A stretch of 64,000 nucleotides of DNA from Nannocystis bainbridge (GCF_028368995.1 NZ_JAQNDL010000001.1:64001-128000); one strand, 5' to 3'; positions 10,817-22,224 are shown, counted from the first letter of the stretch. Notes: a model not told the origin generated them from the letters alone. Translations and numbers: made by a program.

Positions 10817-11298
10817 GCCGCGCGCGCCTCGCCCGGGCTTCCCACGGCGCGGACGATCGCAGTCACCGCTCACAGGCCTCAGGCTAGCGAACGCGCGAAC
10901 GCAACTCTCGGCGAGCGAGCTCCGCTCTTCGACGCGCGAGCCGTCACTCCCGGCCACGCCTCTCGCGCTCGACGAGCGAGCGCTGCCATCGACCGCGCCC
11001 TCGTCGTCACCTCGCGGTCCCACTCCCCTGGCGCGAACGCGGTCACGCTCACGCTCGACGAGCGAGCTCCGCTCATCGACCTGCGAGCGCAGACCCTCGC
11101 GCCCACGCATCACTCCAGTCGCGCGCCACCGACCTCGCCGATCGCTCGGCTGAAGATCGCGGTCACGCGCCACCCCCGTTGAATATTCCCCGGGAACCTC
11201 GCCCCCGGCCCGCTGTCTGCCCCTCCGAAGCGACGCGTGCGGCCGATGTGCGGCCGCGATGTCCGTCGCTACATGTCCTTTGAGACAGTTGCATCGCC

Positions 11299-11826
11299 GT
11301 GGAGGATCCCGCCGTGCCCACCCGCAAGCCGACCGAGGAAGAGACCGTCAACGCCGACCTCCTGCCCGTCATGAACGTCATGTTCTTGCTGATCCCCGCC
11401 CTGCTGTTGGCGATGGAGTTCGCGAGCATGGCCCAGATCTCGATCGCGGTGCCTCGCACCGTCAGCAGCCCGACCGCCCAGCCGCGAGACCCTAGCCAGC
11501 CCGAGCTCGGCTTCAAGGTCACCATCGGCAGCGACGGCTTCCGCACCCGCTCCGGCGGCGCCGACGCCGGGCCAGGCGCGATCCCCATGAGCGGCGGCGA
11601 CTACGACTACGCCGCCCTCGCCACCGCCGCCCGCGACCTCAAGCACCTGTTCCCCGCCGAGTCGACCGTCACGATCACCGCCGAGGGCGACGTGCCGATG
11701 GACGTCCTGGTCCGCACCATCGACGTCCTCCGCGGTGACCGCTGCAAGCTCGGCGGCGTCACCCGCGGCGAGCAGCCGGGCGACGAGTGTCTGTTCTGGT
11801 CGCCGGTGATCGAGAGCGTCGGCTGA
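11299..11826 (+). CDS. ExbD/TolR family protein (AglS-like)
   Basis: N-terminal TM DLLPVMNVMFLLIPALL; C-terminal VTITAEGDVPMDVLVRTIDVLR. Confidence 0.8.
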   Translation: MEDPAVPTRKPTEEETVNADLLPVMNVMFLLIPALLLAMEFASMAQISIAVPRTVSSPTAQPRDPSQPELGFKVTIGSDGFRTRSGGADAGPGAIPMSGGDYDYAALATAARDLKHLFPAESTVTITAEGDVPMDVLVRTIDVLRGDRCKLGGVTRGEQPGDECLFWSPVIESVG

Positions 11827-11988
11827 GCCGCCGCGGACCCTGGACCTCGCGCGCAGGACGACGCGCGAGGTCCTTCGGGCGCCGAAGTTGGACATGACCC
11901 AAGGGACAGCCCATCCGCGGGTCGTCTCGTGACCTCGATTTGTCGCGTCACTCGCTTGTCCCGAAGGACATCCGGCGAGCGCCGCGCC

Positions 11989-12324
11989 TCAGTAGTCCTC
12001 GACCCACTCCGCGATCGGTGTTTCCTCGCCGACGTGGCGCTCGAGAATGACCATCGCCTTCTCCTCGGTCACCCCGGGATAAAAGCCGGGCCCGCTCACG
12101 TCGCGCGGCTCTTCCTCGCCCTTCTCGTTGGGGGCCAGCGGCCGCACGAACACGTTGGGCCCGTCGCTGCAGCGGCCGAAGCAGTTGTAGGCCACCACAT
12201 GGCAGCGGGCCTTCAGCCCGGGATCGGCCGCGACCCCCGCCTTGAGCAGCGTCACCAGGCGATCGCTTTCGTGGGTGATGCCGCAGCTCGGGCCGTCGCA
12301 GACGAGGATCTGGAACCTACGCAT
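11989..12324 (-). CDS. Thioredoxin-like [2Fe-2S] ferredoxin
   Basis: ILVCDGPSC...CFGRCSDGPNV...FYPGVT; only the C-terminal 111 aa of the long track ORF looks real. Confidence 0.88.
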   Translation of the reverse strand: MRRFQILVCDGPSCGITHESDRLVTLLKAGVAADPGLKARCHVVAYNCFGRCSDGPNVFVRPLAPNEKGEEEPRDVSGPGFYPGVTEEKAMVILERHVGEETPIAEWVEDY

Positions 12325-12420
12325 GACGCCCGGGCCTTGTAGCGAACAACGCCCAGGCCCCGCAAGTCGCCCGTCTGCCGGTTTTTTGGCGGTCCGGCGC
12401 GCGGCGAGTAGCGTCGCTCC

Positions 12421-15072
12421 ATGATCGGACCCACGGAGCCTGGCGTGCGCAGCGGCTCGCGCCGAACCTCGCCAGCCGCGCCGCGGGCCGGCTGCTCGTG
12501 CGAGCTGCTGCTCTCGCTGTGCGCCGCCGACTCCGTCCAGGGCGTCCTCTCCGCGCACGGGCTCGACGTCGCCCGCCTGCGCGCCGTCGTCGACGAGCTC
12601 CACGCCGAGGTCGAGACCGAGCCGGCCGACTGGCGCCTGCGGATCACCCAGCGCGGCGGCCGCGCGGCCGATCCCGACCTCGATCTCCTGCTCGCCCTCG
12701 TCCGCTCCGCCGACTCCCACGCCTACCAGCTGCTCGAGCGCGCCGGCGCCGCCTGCGGCGCCCTGCGCAAGCTCCTGATCGACCGCCTGCGCGCGCTCGA
12801 GGCCGCCGCGCTCAATGGGACAGGTCCTTCGCGCCATGTCGGATCGGCCATGTCCTCCGAGACATCCGCCCCGCGGCGCCCCGTCGTCCAGCGCATGTCG
12901 ACCGCCCGGGCCGGCGAGCGCCCGGTCCGGCGCTCGCTCGCCGACGCCCGCCCTGCTGACCTGTCCCCGAGGACATCTCAGGCCGGCGACGCCCCGCGCC
13001 CGACCCGCGGCGGCGCCCGCACCTGGTCCGAAGACCAGGAGCGCGCCCGCCCCGTCCCCGCGCGCCCGACCGACGTCCGCACCTGGCCCGTCGACCACCC
13101 CGCGCGCGTCCGCCTCGACGCCAGCGACGGTTCGCCGGCGCGCGCTCGCCTCGAGCCTCGCACCTGGCCCGAAGACCAGCCCACGCGCGCCCGCCTCGAC
13201 GCCGCCGGCGACGGCCCGCGCGCCCGCACCTGGCCCGAAGACCAGCCCGAGGCCCGCCCCGCTCGCCGCACCGCACGCGAGCAGCCGCGCCTGCTGGCCC
13301 GCACCGATCCTCGCCCCGGACCCGCTACCGCCCTGTCCCCGCGGCCAGGTCCCAACGCCCAGGTCGCGACCGCCGTCGAGCCCGAGCCGCGCCTCGCTCC
13401 GGTGTCGCAGCCCGAGCCGCGCAACCACCGTCTGGCCCCGCTCGACCCGTCGGCCCTGCCGCCGCTGCACGGTCGCGAGGGCGAGCTGGCGCGCCTGGCC
13501 GACGCCGTCCTGCGCCGCTCGCCGCGCCCGCCGCTGCTCGTCGGCCCGCCCGGCAGCGGCCGCACCCTGGTCGCCAAGCACCTCGCCGGCCTGCTGCACC
13601 AGCCGGTCTTCTACCTGTCCGCGACCCGCTACGAAGACGAGGACGGCCTGCGCGCCGACCTCGCCGCCGTCGCCAAGCAGGGCGGCGTCGCCATCCTCGA
13701 CGACCTCGATCGGCTCGGCGGCGACGGCCCGCCGGCGCTGCTCGGCGCCCTCGCCAAGGCCTGGTCTTCGGGACAGCCGCCGATCGTCGCCGTCGCCTCG
13801 CCCGAGGGCCAGGCTCGCCTCGGCGCCTGGGCGCCCGGCCTGACCGCCGCGCTCGACCTCGTCACCCTCCAGCCGCTCGAGGGCGACGACCTGCGCGCCG
13901 CCGTGGCCGCCGCCGCGCCCGCGGTGCTGGCCCAGCATGGCCTGTCTCTCGGGTCAGGTGGCCGCCTGGCCGAGCTCGTGCGCCTGGCCGACCGCTTCCT
14001 CGCCGGCCTGGCTCAGCCCGGCCGCAGCCTCGACCTGCTCGACCTCGCCTGCGCCCGCACCGCCCGCGAGGGCCGCGGCAGCGTCCAGCGCGACACCTGG
14101 ATCGACATCGTCTGCGAGCGCAGCGGCGTCCCGCGCGAGCGCCTCGAGGGCCAGGGCCACCAGGACATGCTCGAGCTCGAGGCCGAGCTCGCGCGCAAGG
14201 TCGTCGGCCACGAGCACGCGCTGTCGGCCGTCGCCCAGCTGATCCGCAGGAACCGCGCCGGCTTCGGCTCGCAGCGCCCGATCGCCACCGTGCTGCTGCT
14301 CGGCCCCAGCGGCGTCGGCAAGACCGAGATCGCCAAGGCCCTGTGCGGGGCCCTGTTCGACCGCCCCGACGCGTTCGTCCGCCTCGACATGAGCGAGTAC
14401 GCCGAGGCCCACGCGGTCGCGCGCATCGTCGGCGCCCCGCCCGGCTACGTCGGCCACGAGCAGGGCGGCGCGCTGACCGACCCGCTGCTCAAGCAGCCGC
14501 ACTGCGTGGTCCTGCTCGACGAGATCGAGAAGGCCCACCGCGACGTCCACCAGCTGCTGCTGCAGGTGTTCGACGAGGGCCGCCTCACCGACGGCCGCGG
14601 CCGCACCATCGATTTCCGCCACGCCGCGATCCTCATGACCTCGAACCTCGGCGCCGGCTGCCTCGACGCCACCGGCGACGCCCGGCTCGACGAGGCCCGC
14701 GTGCTCGAGGCCGCCCGCGCCGCCTTCCCGGTCGAGCTGTGGAACCGCATCGAGGCCCCGCTGGTGCTCCACCCGCTCGGCGAGGCCCACCTCTCCCGGA
14801 TCTGCGCCCGCCTGGTCCGCGCCTCCTCCGACCGCCTGCTGCGCGAGCGCGGCATCCGCTACCGCCTCACCGACGCCGCCACCCGCCACGTCGTCGGCCT
14901 GTGCGGAACGGACATGTCCCTTGGGGCACGTCCCTTGCGACATGTCCTTACGCGCAGCGTCGAGGCCCTGCTCGCCGACGCGATCCTGCGCGGCCAGATC
15001 CGCGCCGGCATGCAGGTCGAGGTCGACCTCGATCACGCCGGCGCGCTGATGCTCCTGGCCTCGCGCGCCTAG
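12421..15072 (+). CDS. Clp/Hsp100 AAA+ ATPase (ClpA/ClpC-like) with degenerate first NBD and a low-complexity insert
   Basis: NBD2 GPSGVGKT, RLDMSEY, GAPPGYVG, LLDEIEKAH, MTSNLG, GARPLR; NBD1 GPPGSGRT; start uncertain. Confidence 0.85.
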   Translation: MIGPTEPGVRSGSRRTSPAAPRAGCSCELLLSLCAADSVQGVLSAHGLDVARLRAVVDELHAEVETEPADWRLRITQRGGRAADPDLDLLLALVRSADSHAYQLLERAGAACGALRKLLIDRLRALEAAALNGTGPSRHVGSAMSSETSAPRRPVVQRMSTARAGERPVRRSLADARPADLSPRTSQAGDAPRPTRGGARTWSEDQERARPVPARPTDVRTWPVDHPARVRLDASDGSPARARLEPRTWPEDQPTRARLDAAGDGPRARTWPEDQPEARPARRTAREQPRLLARTDPRPGPATALSPRPGPNAQVATAVEPEPRLAPVSQPEPRNHRLAPLDPSALPPLHGREGELARLADAVLRRSPRPPLLVGPPGSGRTLVAKHLAGLLHQPVFYLSATRYEDEDGLRADLAAVAKQGGVAILDDLDRLGGDGPPALLGALAKAWSSGQPPIVAVASPEGQARLGAWAPGLTAALDLVTLQPLEGDDLRAAVAAAAPAVLAQHGLSLGSGGRLAELVRLADRFLAGLAQPGRSLDLLDLACARTAREGRGSVQRDTWIDIVCERSGVPRERLEGQGHQDMLELEAELARKVVGHEHALSAVAQLIRRNRAGFGSQRPIATVLLLGPSGVGKTEIAKALCGALFDRPDAFVRLDMSEYAEAHAVARIVGAPPGYVGHEQGGALTDPLLKQPHCVVLLDEIEKAHRDVHQLLLQVFDEGRLTDGRGRTIDFRHAAILMTSNLGAGCLDATGDARLDEARVLEAARAAFPVELWNRIEAPLVLHPLGEAHLSRICARLVRASSDRLLRERGIRYRLTDAATRHVVGLCGTDMSLGARPLRHVLTRSVEALLADAILRGQIRAGMQVEVDLDHAGALMLLASRA
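13018..13250 (+). repeat. Intragenic repeat encoding RTWPEDQP-like units x4
   Basis: CGCACCTGG(T/C)CCG at 13018, 13078, 13159, 13225. Confidence 0.8.
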
Positions 15073-15510
15073 TCGAAGACCTGCGCTCGTCTGCGCCGCT
15101 CGCCGACCCGAGGGCCGGCGCGTGCACGCGGTTCGCCGGGCCCTGCGCCGCGAGCTGCCGCCCTCCGGCGTCTCGCGCTGCAATCGCCCGCGACGGCGAC
15201 ACCCGGGCGATCCCGGCCCTCGTCGACGCCGACGCCCGCGCGCCCGTGGCCTTCGCAGCTCGCAGCCAGCTTCCGCCAGCGTGCGCGCTTGCATGCGCGC
15301 GTCCTGTCTCGACCCCTTCCACGGTCCTCGCCGCGCTCGCGGCTCGCCTGCTCGCCTGCGCGTGAAGCCCCGCGAGCGCTCGCGGTGACCGCGCGAAGAC
15401 GCCGCCGAAGCCACCGCCACGGACCCCCGCGACCCCCCGTGAAACGTCGTTGTGCGGGCTGCCAGCGACCGGCCCGTGGCCCCTGGTAGAAGCGAGCAAG
15501 GCCGGATATT

Positions 15511-17280
15511 TTGGCCCACGTGCACTCAGCGCTCATCATCGACGCGGACGGCAAGACCCCGGCCACCCTCAAGAACATCCTGGCCCCCTACGGCTTCGAG
15601 TTCACGATCACGGAGAACGGGCCCGAAGCTGTCAACGTCGCGCGCCAGGCCGCGCCGGACATCATCTTTTTGCGCGCCGAGCTGCCGCTGACCTCCGGCT
15701 TCTCGGTGTGCAACCGCCTGCGGCGCCACGAGGACACCAAGCGCATCCCGCTCATCATGTACTCCTCGAACGTCAGCGAGGACGTGTTCGAGCAGCACCG
15801 CAACCTCAAGACCCACGCCGACGACTACCTGCGCCTGCCGCTCGACGAGGGCCGCCTGATCTCGGCCATCCGCCCGGTCCTCCCGATCGGCGAGGCCAAG
15901 GCCGAGGCCGCCCCCGCGCACCCCGGCCGCGACGGCGCGAACCCACCCCAGGCGGCCGCCAGGCCGGCCCGCTCGGGGCGCCCGAAAGAGCGCCTCGACA
16001 TCGAGCTGCGCGACGCCCCCGCGCGCGGCGAGGCCCGCCAGGCCTTCGAGCAGGAGTTCCAGGACGGCTTCAACGCCCTCCAGGACGAGCCCTCGTCGGC
16101 CATCCCGCGCGAGGGCTCCGGCGCCGTCCCGCCGCCCGACGGCGAGATGTCCGACGCCACCGCCGTGGGCGGCTTCAAGGCCCAGCGCGAGGTGCTCCAG
16201 CTCAAGAGCCAGCTCAACGCGCGCAGCCGCGAGATCCTCACGCTGCGCGACGAGGTCGACTCGCGCGAGCGCAACCTCGGCGACGCCAAAAAGCTCCAGC
16301 GCGAGCTGCAGGCCCAGATCGGCGAGCTCGAGAACCAGGTCCTCGCCGCCCAGGAGCAGATCCTGTCGTCGCGCGAGAACATCGAGGCCGCGGTGCGCGA
16401 CAAGCAGACCGCGCTCAAGCGCGAGGAGGGCGTCAAGACCCGGCTCGAGGTCACGCAGAAGAAGCTCAAGGAGACCGAGACCGAGTTCGCGGCCTTCCGC
16501 GCCCAGACCGCCCAGGACCGCGACAAGGCCGCCATCGCCCTCGCCGAGGCCCAGCAGCGGCTCGAGATGCAGACCGGCATGCTCACCGAGCTCGAGGCCG
16601 AGCGCGAGCGCCTGACCTCTCAGCTCCTCGAGTCCAACGGTCAGGTCTCGACCCTCGTCGACGGCTTCGAGAGCGCGCGCAAGAGCGTCGCCGGGCTCGA
16701 GACGCAGATGGAGCACCACCGCCAGGAGATGGAGCGCGCGCTCGCCGACGCCGAGACCGAGCGGGTCGCCTCGCTCGAGTCGCTGGCGCGCCAGCACCAG
16801 GGCGAGATCGACGAGCGCGACCAAGAACACCGCGGCGCCCTCGAGCAGCTCCACGCCCAGATCAACAGCCTGCGCGAGCAGGGCCAGCAGGAGCGCGAGC
16901 GCATGTCGCAGGCGCTGATGGAGACCGAGGAGAACGCCCGCCTGCAGGTCAGCCAGCTGACGCAGACGCTGTCGGCCACCGAGGAGGCGGCGCGGCGAGA
17001 GATCCAGAGCCTGCAGTACACCCTCGCGCAGGCCGAGGAGACCACCCGCGGCGAGCTCGCGTCGCTGCAGGCCGCGCTGTCCGACAGCCGCGTCCAGGCC
17101 GAGGACGCCGCCGCCGACCACGCCCGACGCGTCGCCGGCCTCGAGCACCAGGTCGACGAGCTCGGCGCCCAGCTCGACCGCGCCGAGACCCTGCTCGCCC
17201 GCCGCCGCGACGCCGCCCAGCGCGCCCAGCAGGCCCTCGCCGTCGGCCTCAAGTTGCTCGAAGACGACGATCAGACATGA
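15511..17280 (+). CDS. Pseudo-receiver domain + long coiled coil, AglZ/FrzS-like motility-associated protein
   Basis: Receiver fold with PDIIFLRAELP (Arg at the phospho-Asp position), SGFSVC, QHR...ADDYL; heptad-rich C-terminus. Confidence 0.75.
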   Translation: MAHVHSALIIDADGKTPATLKNILAPYGFEFTITENGPEAVNVARQAAPDIIFLRAELPLTSGFSVCNRLRRHEDTKRIPLIMYSSNVSEDVFEQHRNLKTHADDYLRLPLDEGRLISAIRPVLPIGEAKAEAAPAHPGRDGANPPQAAARPARSGRPKERLDIELRDAPARGEARQAFEQEFQDGFNALQDEPSSAIPREGSGAVPPPDGEMSDATAVGGFKAQREVLQLKSQLNARSREILTLRDEVDSRERNLGDAKKLQRELQAQIGELENQVLAAQEQILSSRENIEAAVRDKQTALKREEGVKTRLEVTQKKLKETETEFAAFRAQTAQDRDKAAIALAEAQQRLEMQTGMLTELEAERERLTSQLLESNGQVSTLVDGFESARKSVAGLETQMEHHRQEMERALADAETERVASLESLARQHQGEIDERDQEHRGALEQLHAQINSLREQGQQERERMSQALMETEENARLQVSQLTQTLSATEEAARREIQSLQYTLAQAEETTRGELASLQAALSDSRVQAEDAAADHARRVAGLEHQVDELGAQLDRAETLLARRRDAAQRAQQALAVGLKLLEDDDQT

Positions 17281-17314
17281 CCTGTCCTGAAGGCCATTTT
17301 CGAGGACCGACCCC

Positions 17315-19063
<1,749 letters not shown>

Positions 19064-19143
19064 TGCTCGCCGCGCACCGCGACCCCCTCGCCCCTCGCCC
19101 CCGCGACATGACCGCCCCGGCCGCAGCGACCGTCGCCTGAGTC

Positions 19144-20172
19144 ATGCCCGCGACCGAGCTCACCTACGGCCTCGCCGCCCTGCTCGGCGCCCTCCAGGGC
19201 GTCGCCGAGTTCCTGCCGATCTCGTCGTCCGGCCACCTCTCGCTGGCCCAGCGGGTCGCCGGCCTCGACGCGTCCGCCGGCGGCCACTCGTTCAACATCG
19301 TCGTCCACGCCGGCACCCTGCTGGCCGTCCTCCTCCACTACCGCGCCGACCTGCTGGCGATCGCCCGCGGCGTCCTGCGTCCTGGACATGTCCCCGAGGA
19401 CATGCCCAAAACGCCAGGTGCTTCCGGACATGCCCCGAAGGACAGGCTTCCCGGGACCGCTCCTCCGGACGGTCACGACCCACGCGTCGCGGCCCCCCAT
19501 GGCCCTCCGGAGAGCCCCACCGCGCACGGAGCTAGCGACCGCGGCGGCGCCTCTGCACCTGTCCCGGAGGACAGCCTGGGCCGCGCCAGCTCGGGCAGCG
19601 CGCCGACCGACGCCCGCGCCCTGCTGCTGGCGCTCGTGCTCGGCACCTTGCCGCTCGCGGCCGCCCTCGCCCCGCCGGTCGAGGGCCTCGTCATCGCCGC
19701 CGAGCTCCAGCCGAAGATCATCGGCGCCTGCTTCCTCGTCACCGCGGCCATGCTCGCGTTCGCCGAGTGGCGGACCCGCCGGCAGCCGTGGCCGCAGCAG
19801 GTCCCGCGCCCGCTGCAGGCGCTGCTCATCGGCCTCGCCCAGCTCGTCGCCATCCTGCCGGGCATCTCGCGCAGCGGCTCGACGATCGCCGCCGCCATGG
19901 CGCTCGGGCTCGGCCGCCTGCCCGCGGCCCGGTTCTCGTTCCTGCTGGCGATCCCCGCCATCCTCGGCGCCTCGCTCAAGGAGGCCCTCGACCTCATGCG
20001 CGACGGCCTGCCGAGCGCCGACCCGGTCGCGTTCGCCATCGGCTTCGTCGTCAGCTTCGTGGTCGGCGTCGCCACCCTGCGCGTGCTGCTGGTCCTGCTG
20101 GTCCGCGTCGGCGTGATGCCGTTCGTGCCCTACCTGGTCATCCTCGGCCTCGGCGTCCTCATCCTCGGCTGA
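19144..20172 (+). CDS. uppP: Undecaprenyl-diphosphate phosphatase with an unusual ~80-aa hydrophilic insertion
   Basis: QGVAEFLPISSSGHL, PGISRSGSTI, ARFSFLLAIPAILGA. Confidence 0.93.
   Translation: MPATELTYGLAALLGALQGVAEFLPISSSGHLSLAQRVAGLDASAGGHSFNIVVHAGTLLAVLLHYRADLLAIARGVLRPGHVPEDMPKTPGASGHAPKDRLPGTAPPDGHDPRVAAPHGPPESPTAHGASDRGGASAPVPEDSLGRASSGSAPTDARALLLALVLGTLPLAAALAPPVEGLVIAAELQPKIIGACFLVTAAMLAFAEWRTRRQPWPQQVPRPLQALLIGLAQLVAILPGISRSGSTIAAAMALGLGRLPAARFSFLLAIPAILGASLKEALDLMRDGLPSADPVAFAIGFVVSFVVGVATLRVLLVLLVRVGVMPFVPYLVILGLGVLILG
19384..19446. repeat. 14-bp-phased array inside the uppP insertion
   Basis: Cores at 19387,19401,19415,19429,19443; another perfect site at 19560-19573. Confidence 0.9.
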
Positions 20173-20305
20173 GCGCGCGCGACCGTCGACTCTCCGCGTG
20201 ACTTCCAATCGCGCGGCGACGCGAATTCTCGGGCTCGCCCGCCCGCAGCATGCGACGTCCGATCGCCGCACGGCTCCGTCTCGCCCGGTTCGTTATCCTC
20301 GATCG

Positions 20306-21010
20306 ATGCTGCGCCGACTCGTCCTCTGCTCGCCCTTCCTGTTCGCCTGCGCCCCGAAGCTGCCGTCGGAGACCGACGGCGAGCCCACCTCGACCTCGGA
20401 CGGCGACGGCGCCACGAGCACTTCGGGTCCCGCACCGACCTCCGAATCCACCACGAGCACCTCGGGTCCCGCGCCGACGACGGGCATCACCACGGAGCCA
20501 GCGAGCACCACCGACGCCAGCTCCGGGACCACCGGAGCGCCGGAGGCGGAGCTGCGGATCTTCCCGGTCGAGCTGCGGCCCAGCCAGGCGAGCGGGCTCG
20601 ATGGCCTCGAGTGGTGGAAACCCGACCCGTCCGCTGAATGGTGCGACCCCGAACCGTGCCGCGGCGTCCCCACTCTGGGCGAGCCGCGGTGGCTCGTCGA
20701 CGGCGCCTTCGCCGAACCCGAAGCCATCGTGATCGGCAGCCGCGTCGCCGTCCTCGTCCCCTACCAGCACCCCGGCTGCGCGCTCGCGTGCGGGATGCAG
20801 ACGACCGAGGTGACCGACGAGATCGAGGGCGGCGGAGGCATCGGCAACCTGCCCGCCGACCTGCCCTGCGGCACCGCGGCGAGCGGCGTGTGGCTGGCGC
20901 TCGACTTCGGCCTCATCGTTCGCGGCGGCATGCACCGCGCCGCGCTCCGGATCGAGGACCGCTGCGCCGTCGGCACCGAGTTCTGGTCGGCGACCTTCGA
21001 GCCCGGATGA
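20306..21010 (+). CDS. Hypothetical lipoprotein with Thr/Ser-rich linker and Cys-containing domain
   Basis: LFAC lipobox, T/S/P-rich linker typical of myxobacterial lipoproteins. Confidence 0.65.
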   Translation: MLRRLVLCSPFLFACAPKLPSETDGEPTSTSDGDGATSTSGPAPTSESTTSTSGPAPTTGITTEPASTTDASSGTTGAPEAELRIFPVELRPSQASGLDGLEWWKPDPSAEWCDPEPCRGVPTLGEPRWLVDGAFAEPEAIVIGSRVAVLVPYQHPGCALACGMQTTEVTDEIEGGGGIGNLPADLPCGTAASGVWLALDFGLIVRGGMHRAALRIEDRCAVGTEFWSATFEPG

Positions 21011-21098
21011 ACATGCCCGAATGACATGCCCGCATGGACATGTCCTATCACACATGCGCTTCAGAGCATGCCCAGAGGGACATGCCCGATCGGGCATC
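21010..21098. repeat. 14-bp-phased array at a convergent gene junction
   Basis: Cores at 21012,21025,21039,21053,21067,21081,21095. Confidence 0.92.
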
Positions 21099-21119
21099 TG
21101 CCGCTCGACGGCGCAGCGA

Positions 21120-22157
21120 CTACGCGCCCGCGCGCGTCAGCAGCATGCAGTCGCCGTACGAGTAGAAGCGGTAGCCGGCGGCGACCGCCTCGGCGTAGGC
21201 CGCCAGCACCCGCTCGCGGCCGCCGAGGCAGCACACCAGCATCAACAGCGAGCTGCGCGGCAGGTGGAAGTTGGTGACGATCGCGTCGACCACCTTGAAC
21301 TCGAAGCCCGGCGCGATCACCAGATCGGTCGCCCCGGAGAACGGCGCCACCGTCCCGCCGCCGGCGCGGGCCACCGCCTCGAGCGCGCGCGTGGCCGTGG
21401 TCCCGACGGCGACGACCGGGCGGCCCTCGGCCTTGGCCGCGGCGATCCGGCTCGCCGCCGCCGCGTCGACCTCGACCCGCTCGGCGCCGACCCGGTGCTC
21501 GCGCACGTCCTCGGCCTCGAGCGGCAAGAACGTGCCCGGCCCGACGTGCAGCGTCACGCGCACGACGTCGAGCTGCTCCAGCACCTCGGGCTCCCAGTGC
21601 AGGCCGGCCGTCGGCGCCGCGACCGAGCCCGGCTGCGCGGCGTAGATCGTCTGATAGCGGCTGGCATCGTCGCTCGTCGGCCCCTCGGGCCGGCGGATGT
21701 ACGGCGGCAGCGGCACCTCGCCGCGGCTCTGCAGCGCGCCCATCCACTCGCCGGTCTCGACCGCGAACACCCGCGCCCGCGGGTCGACGACGTCGGGCTC
21801 GACGTAGCGGGCGACCCACTCGCCGCACTGCACGACGTCGCCGGGCCGTAGCCGCCGGGCCCCGCGGACCCACGCGCAGAACGTCTGGCCCGGCCCGAGC
21901 CCCGGCCGCGGGTCGCACACCAGCAGCTCCAGCTCGCGGCTGCCATGCATCACCCGCAGCCGCGCGGGCACCACCCGCGAGTCGTTGACGACCACGAGCG
22001 CCCGCGGATCGAGGAAGCGCGGCAGCTCACGCGCGTGGGCGTGGACCGGCGGCCCCGCGTCGCGCTGCACCAGCAAGCGGGCGTCGCCGCGCCGGGCCGG
22101 GGGCGTCTGGGCGATCTGCTCCGGCGGCAGCACGTAGTCGTAGGCTTCAGGACCCAT
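21120..22157 (-). CDS. queA: S-adenosylmethionine:tRNA ribosyltransferase-isomerase
   Basis: IAQTP, NDSRVVPARL, PLPPYIRR, YQT, GSVAAPTAGLH, TLHVGPGTF, TNFHLPRS, YRFYSYGD. Confidence 0.97.
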   Translation of the reverse strand: MGPEAYDYVLPPEQIAQTPPARRGDARLLVQRDAGPPVHAHARELPRFLDPRALVVVNDSRVVPARLRVMHGSRELELLVCDPRPGLGPGQTFCAWVRGARRLRPGDVVQCGEWVARYVEPDVVDPRARVFAVETGEWMGALQSRGEVPLPPYIRRPEGPTSDDASRYQTIYAAQPGSVAAPTAGLHWEPEVLEQLDVVRVTLHVGPGTFLPLEAEDVREHRVGAERVEVDAAAASRIAAAKAEGRPVVAVGTTATRALEAVARAGGGTVAPFSGATDLVIAPGFEFKVVDAIVTNFHLPRSSLLMLVCCLGGRERVLAAYAEAVAAGYRFYSYGDCMLLTRAGA

Positions 22158-22224
22158 GAAGACGCGCGGGTTTTGGCACACCCGCGCCGCCGCGCACAAG
22201 TGGCCCGGGCCGCGGCGACGGTCC

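Noticed and set aside
15073-15510. Possible ncRNA or riboswitch in the long intergenic region before the AglZ-like gene
   Set aside because: GC-rich stems are possible but I see no recognisable family signature; an Infernal/Rfam scan would be needed
19384-19393. Junction decamer GGACATGTCC equals the p53 half-site RRRCWWGYYY
   Set aside because: Isolated sites are TGTCC-N4-GGACA and the decamer arises mainly where units abut; no p53-like protein is seen, so this is treated as coincidence
21021-21277. Short ORFs and N-terminal extensions with recurrent TCP.GHV/DMS peptides as a protein family
   Set aside because: They are translations of the DNA palindrome in different frames; the motif supplies spurious ATGs
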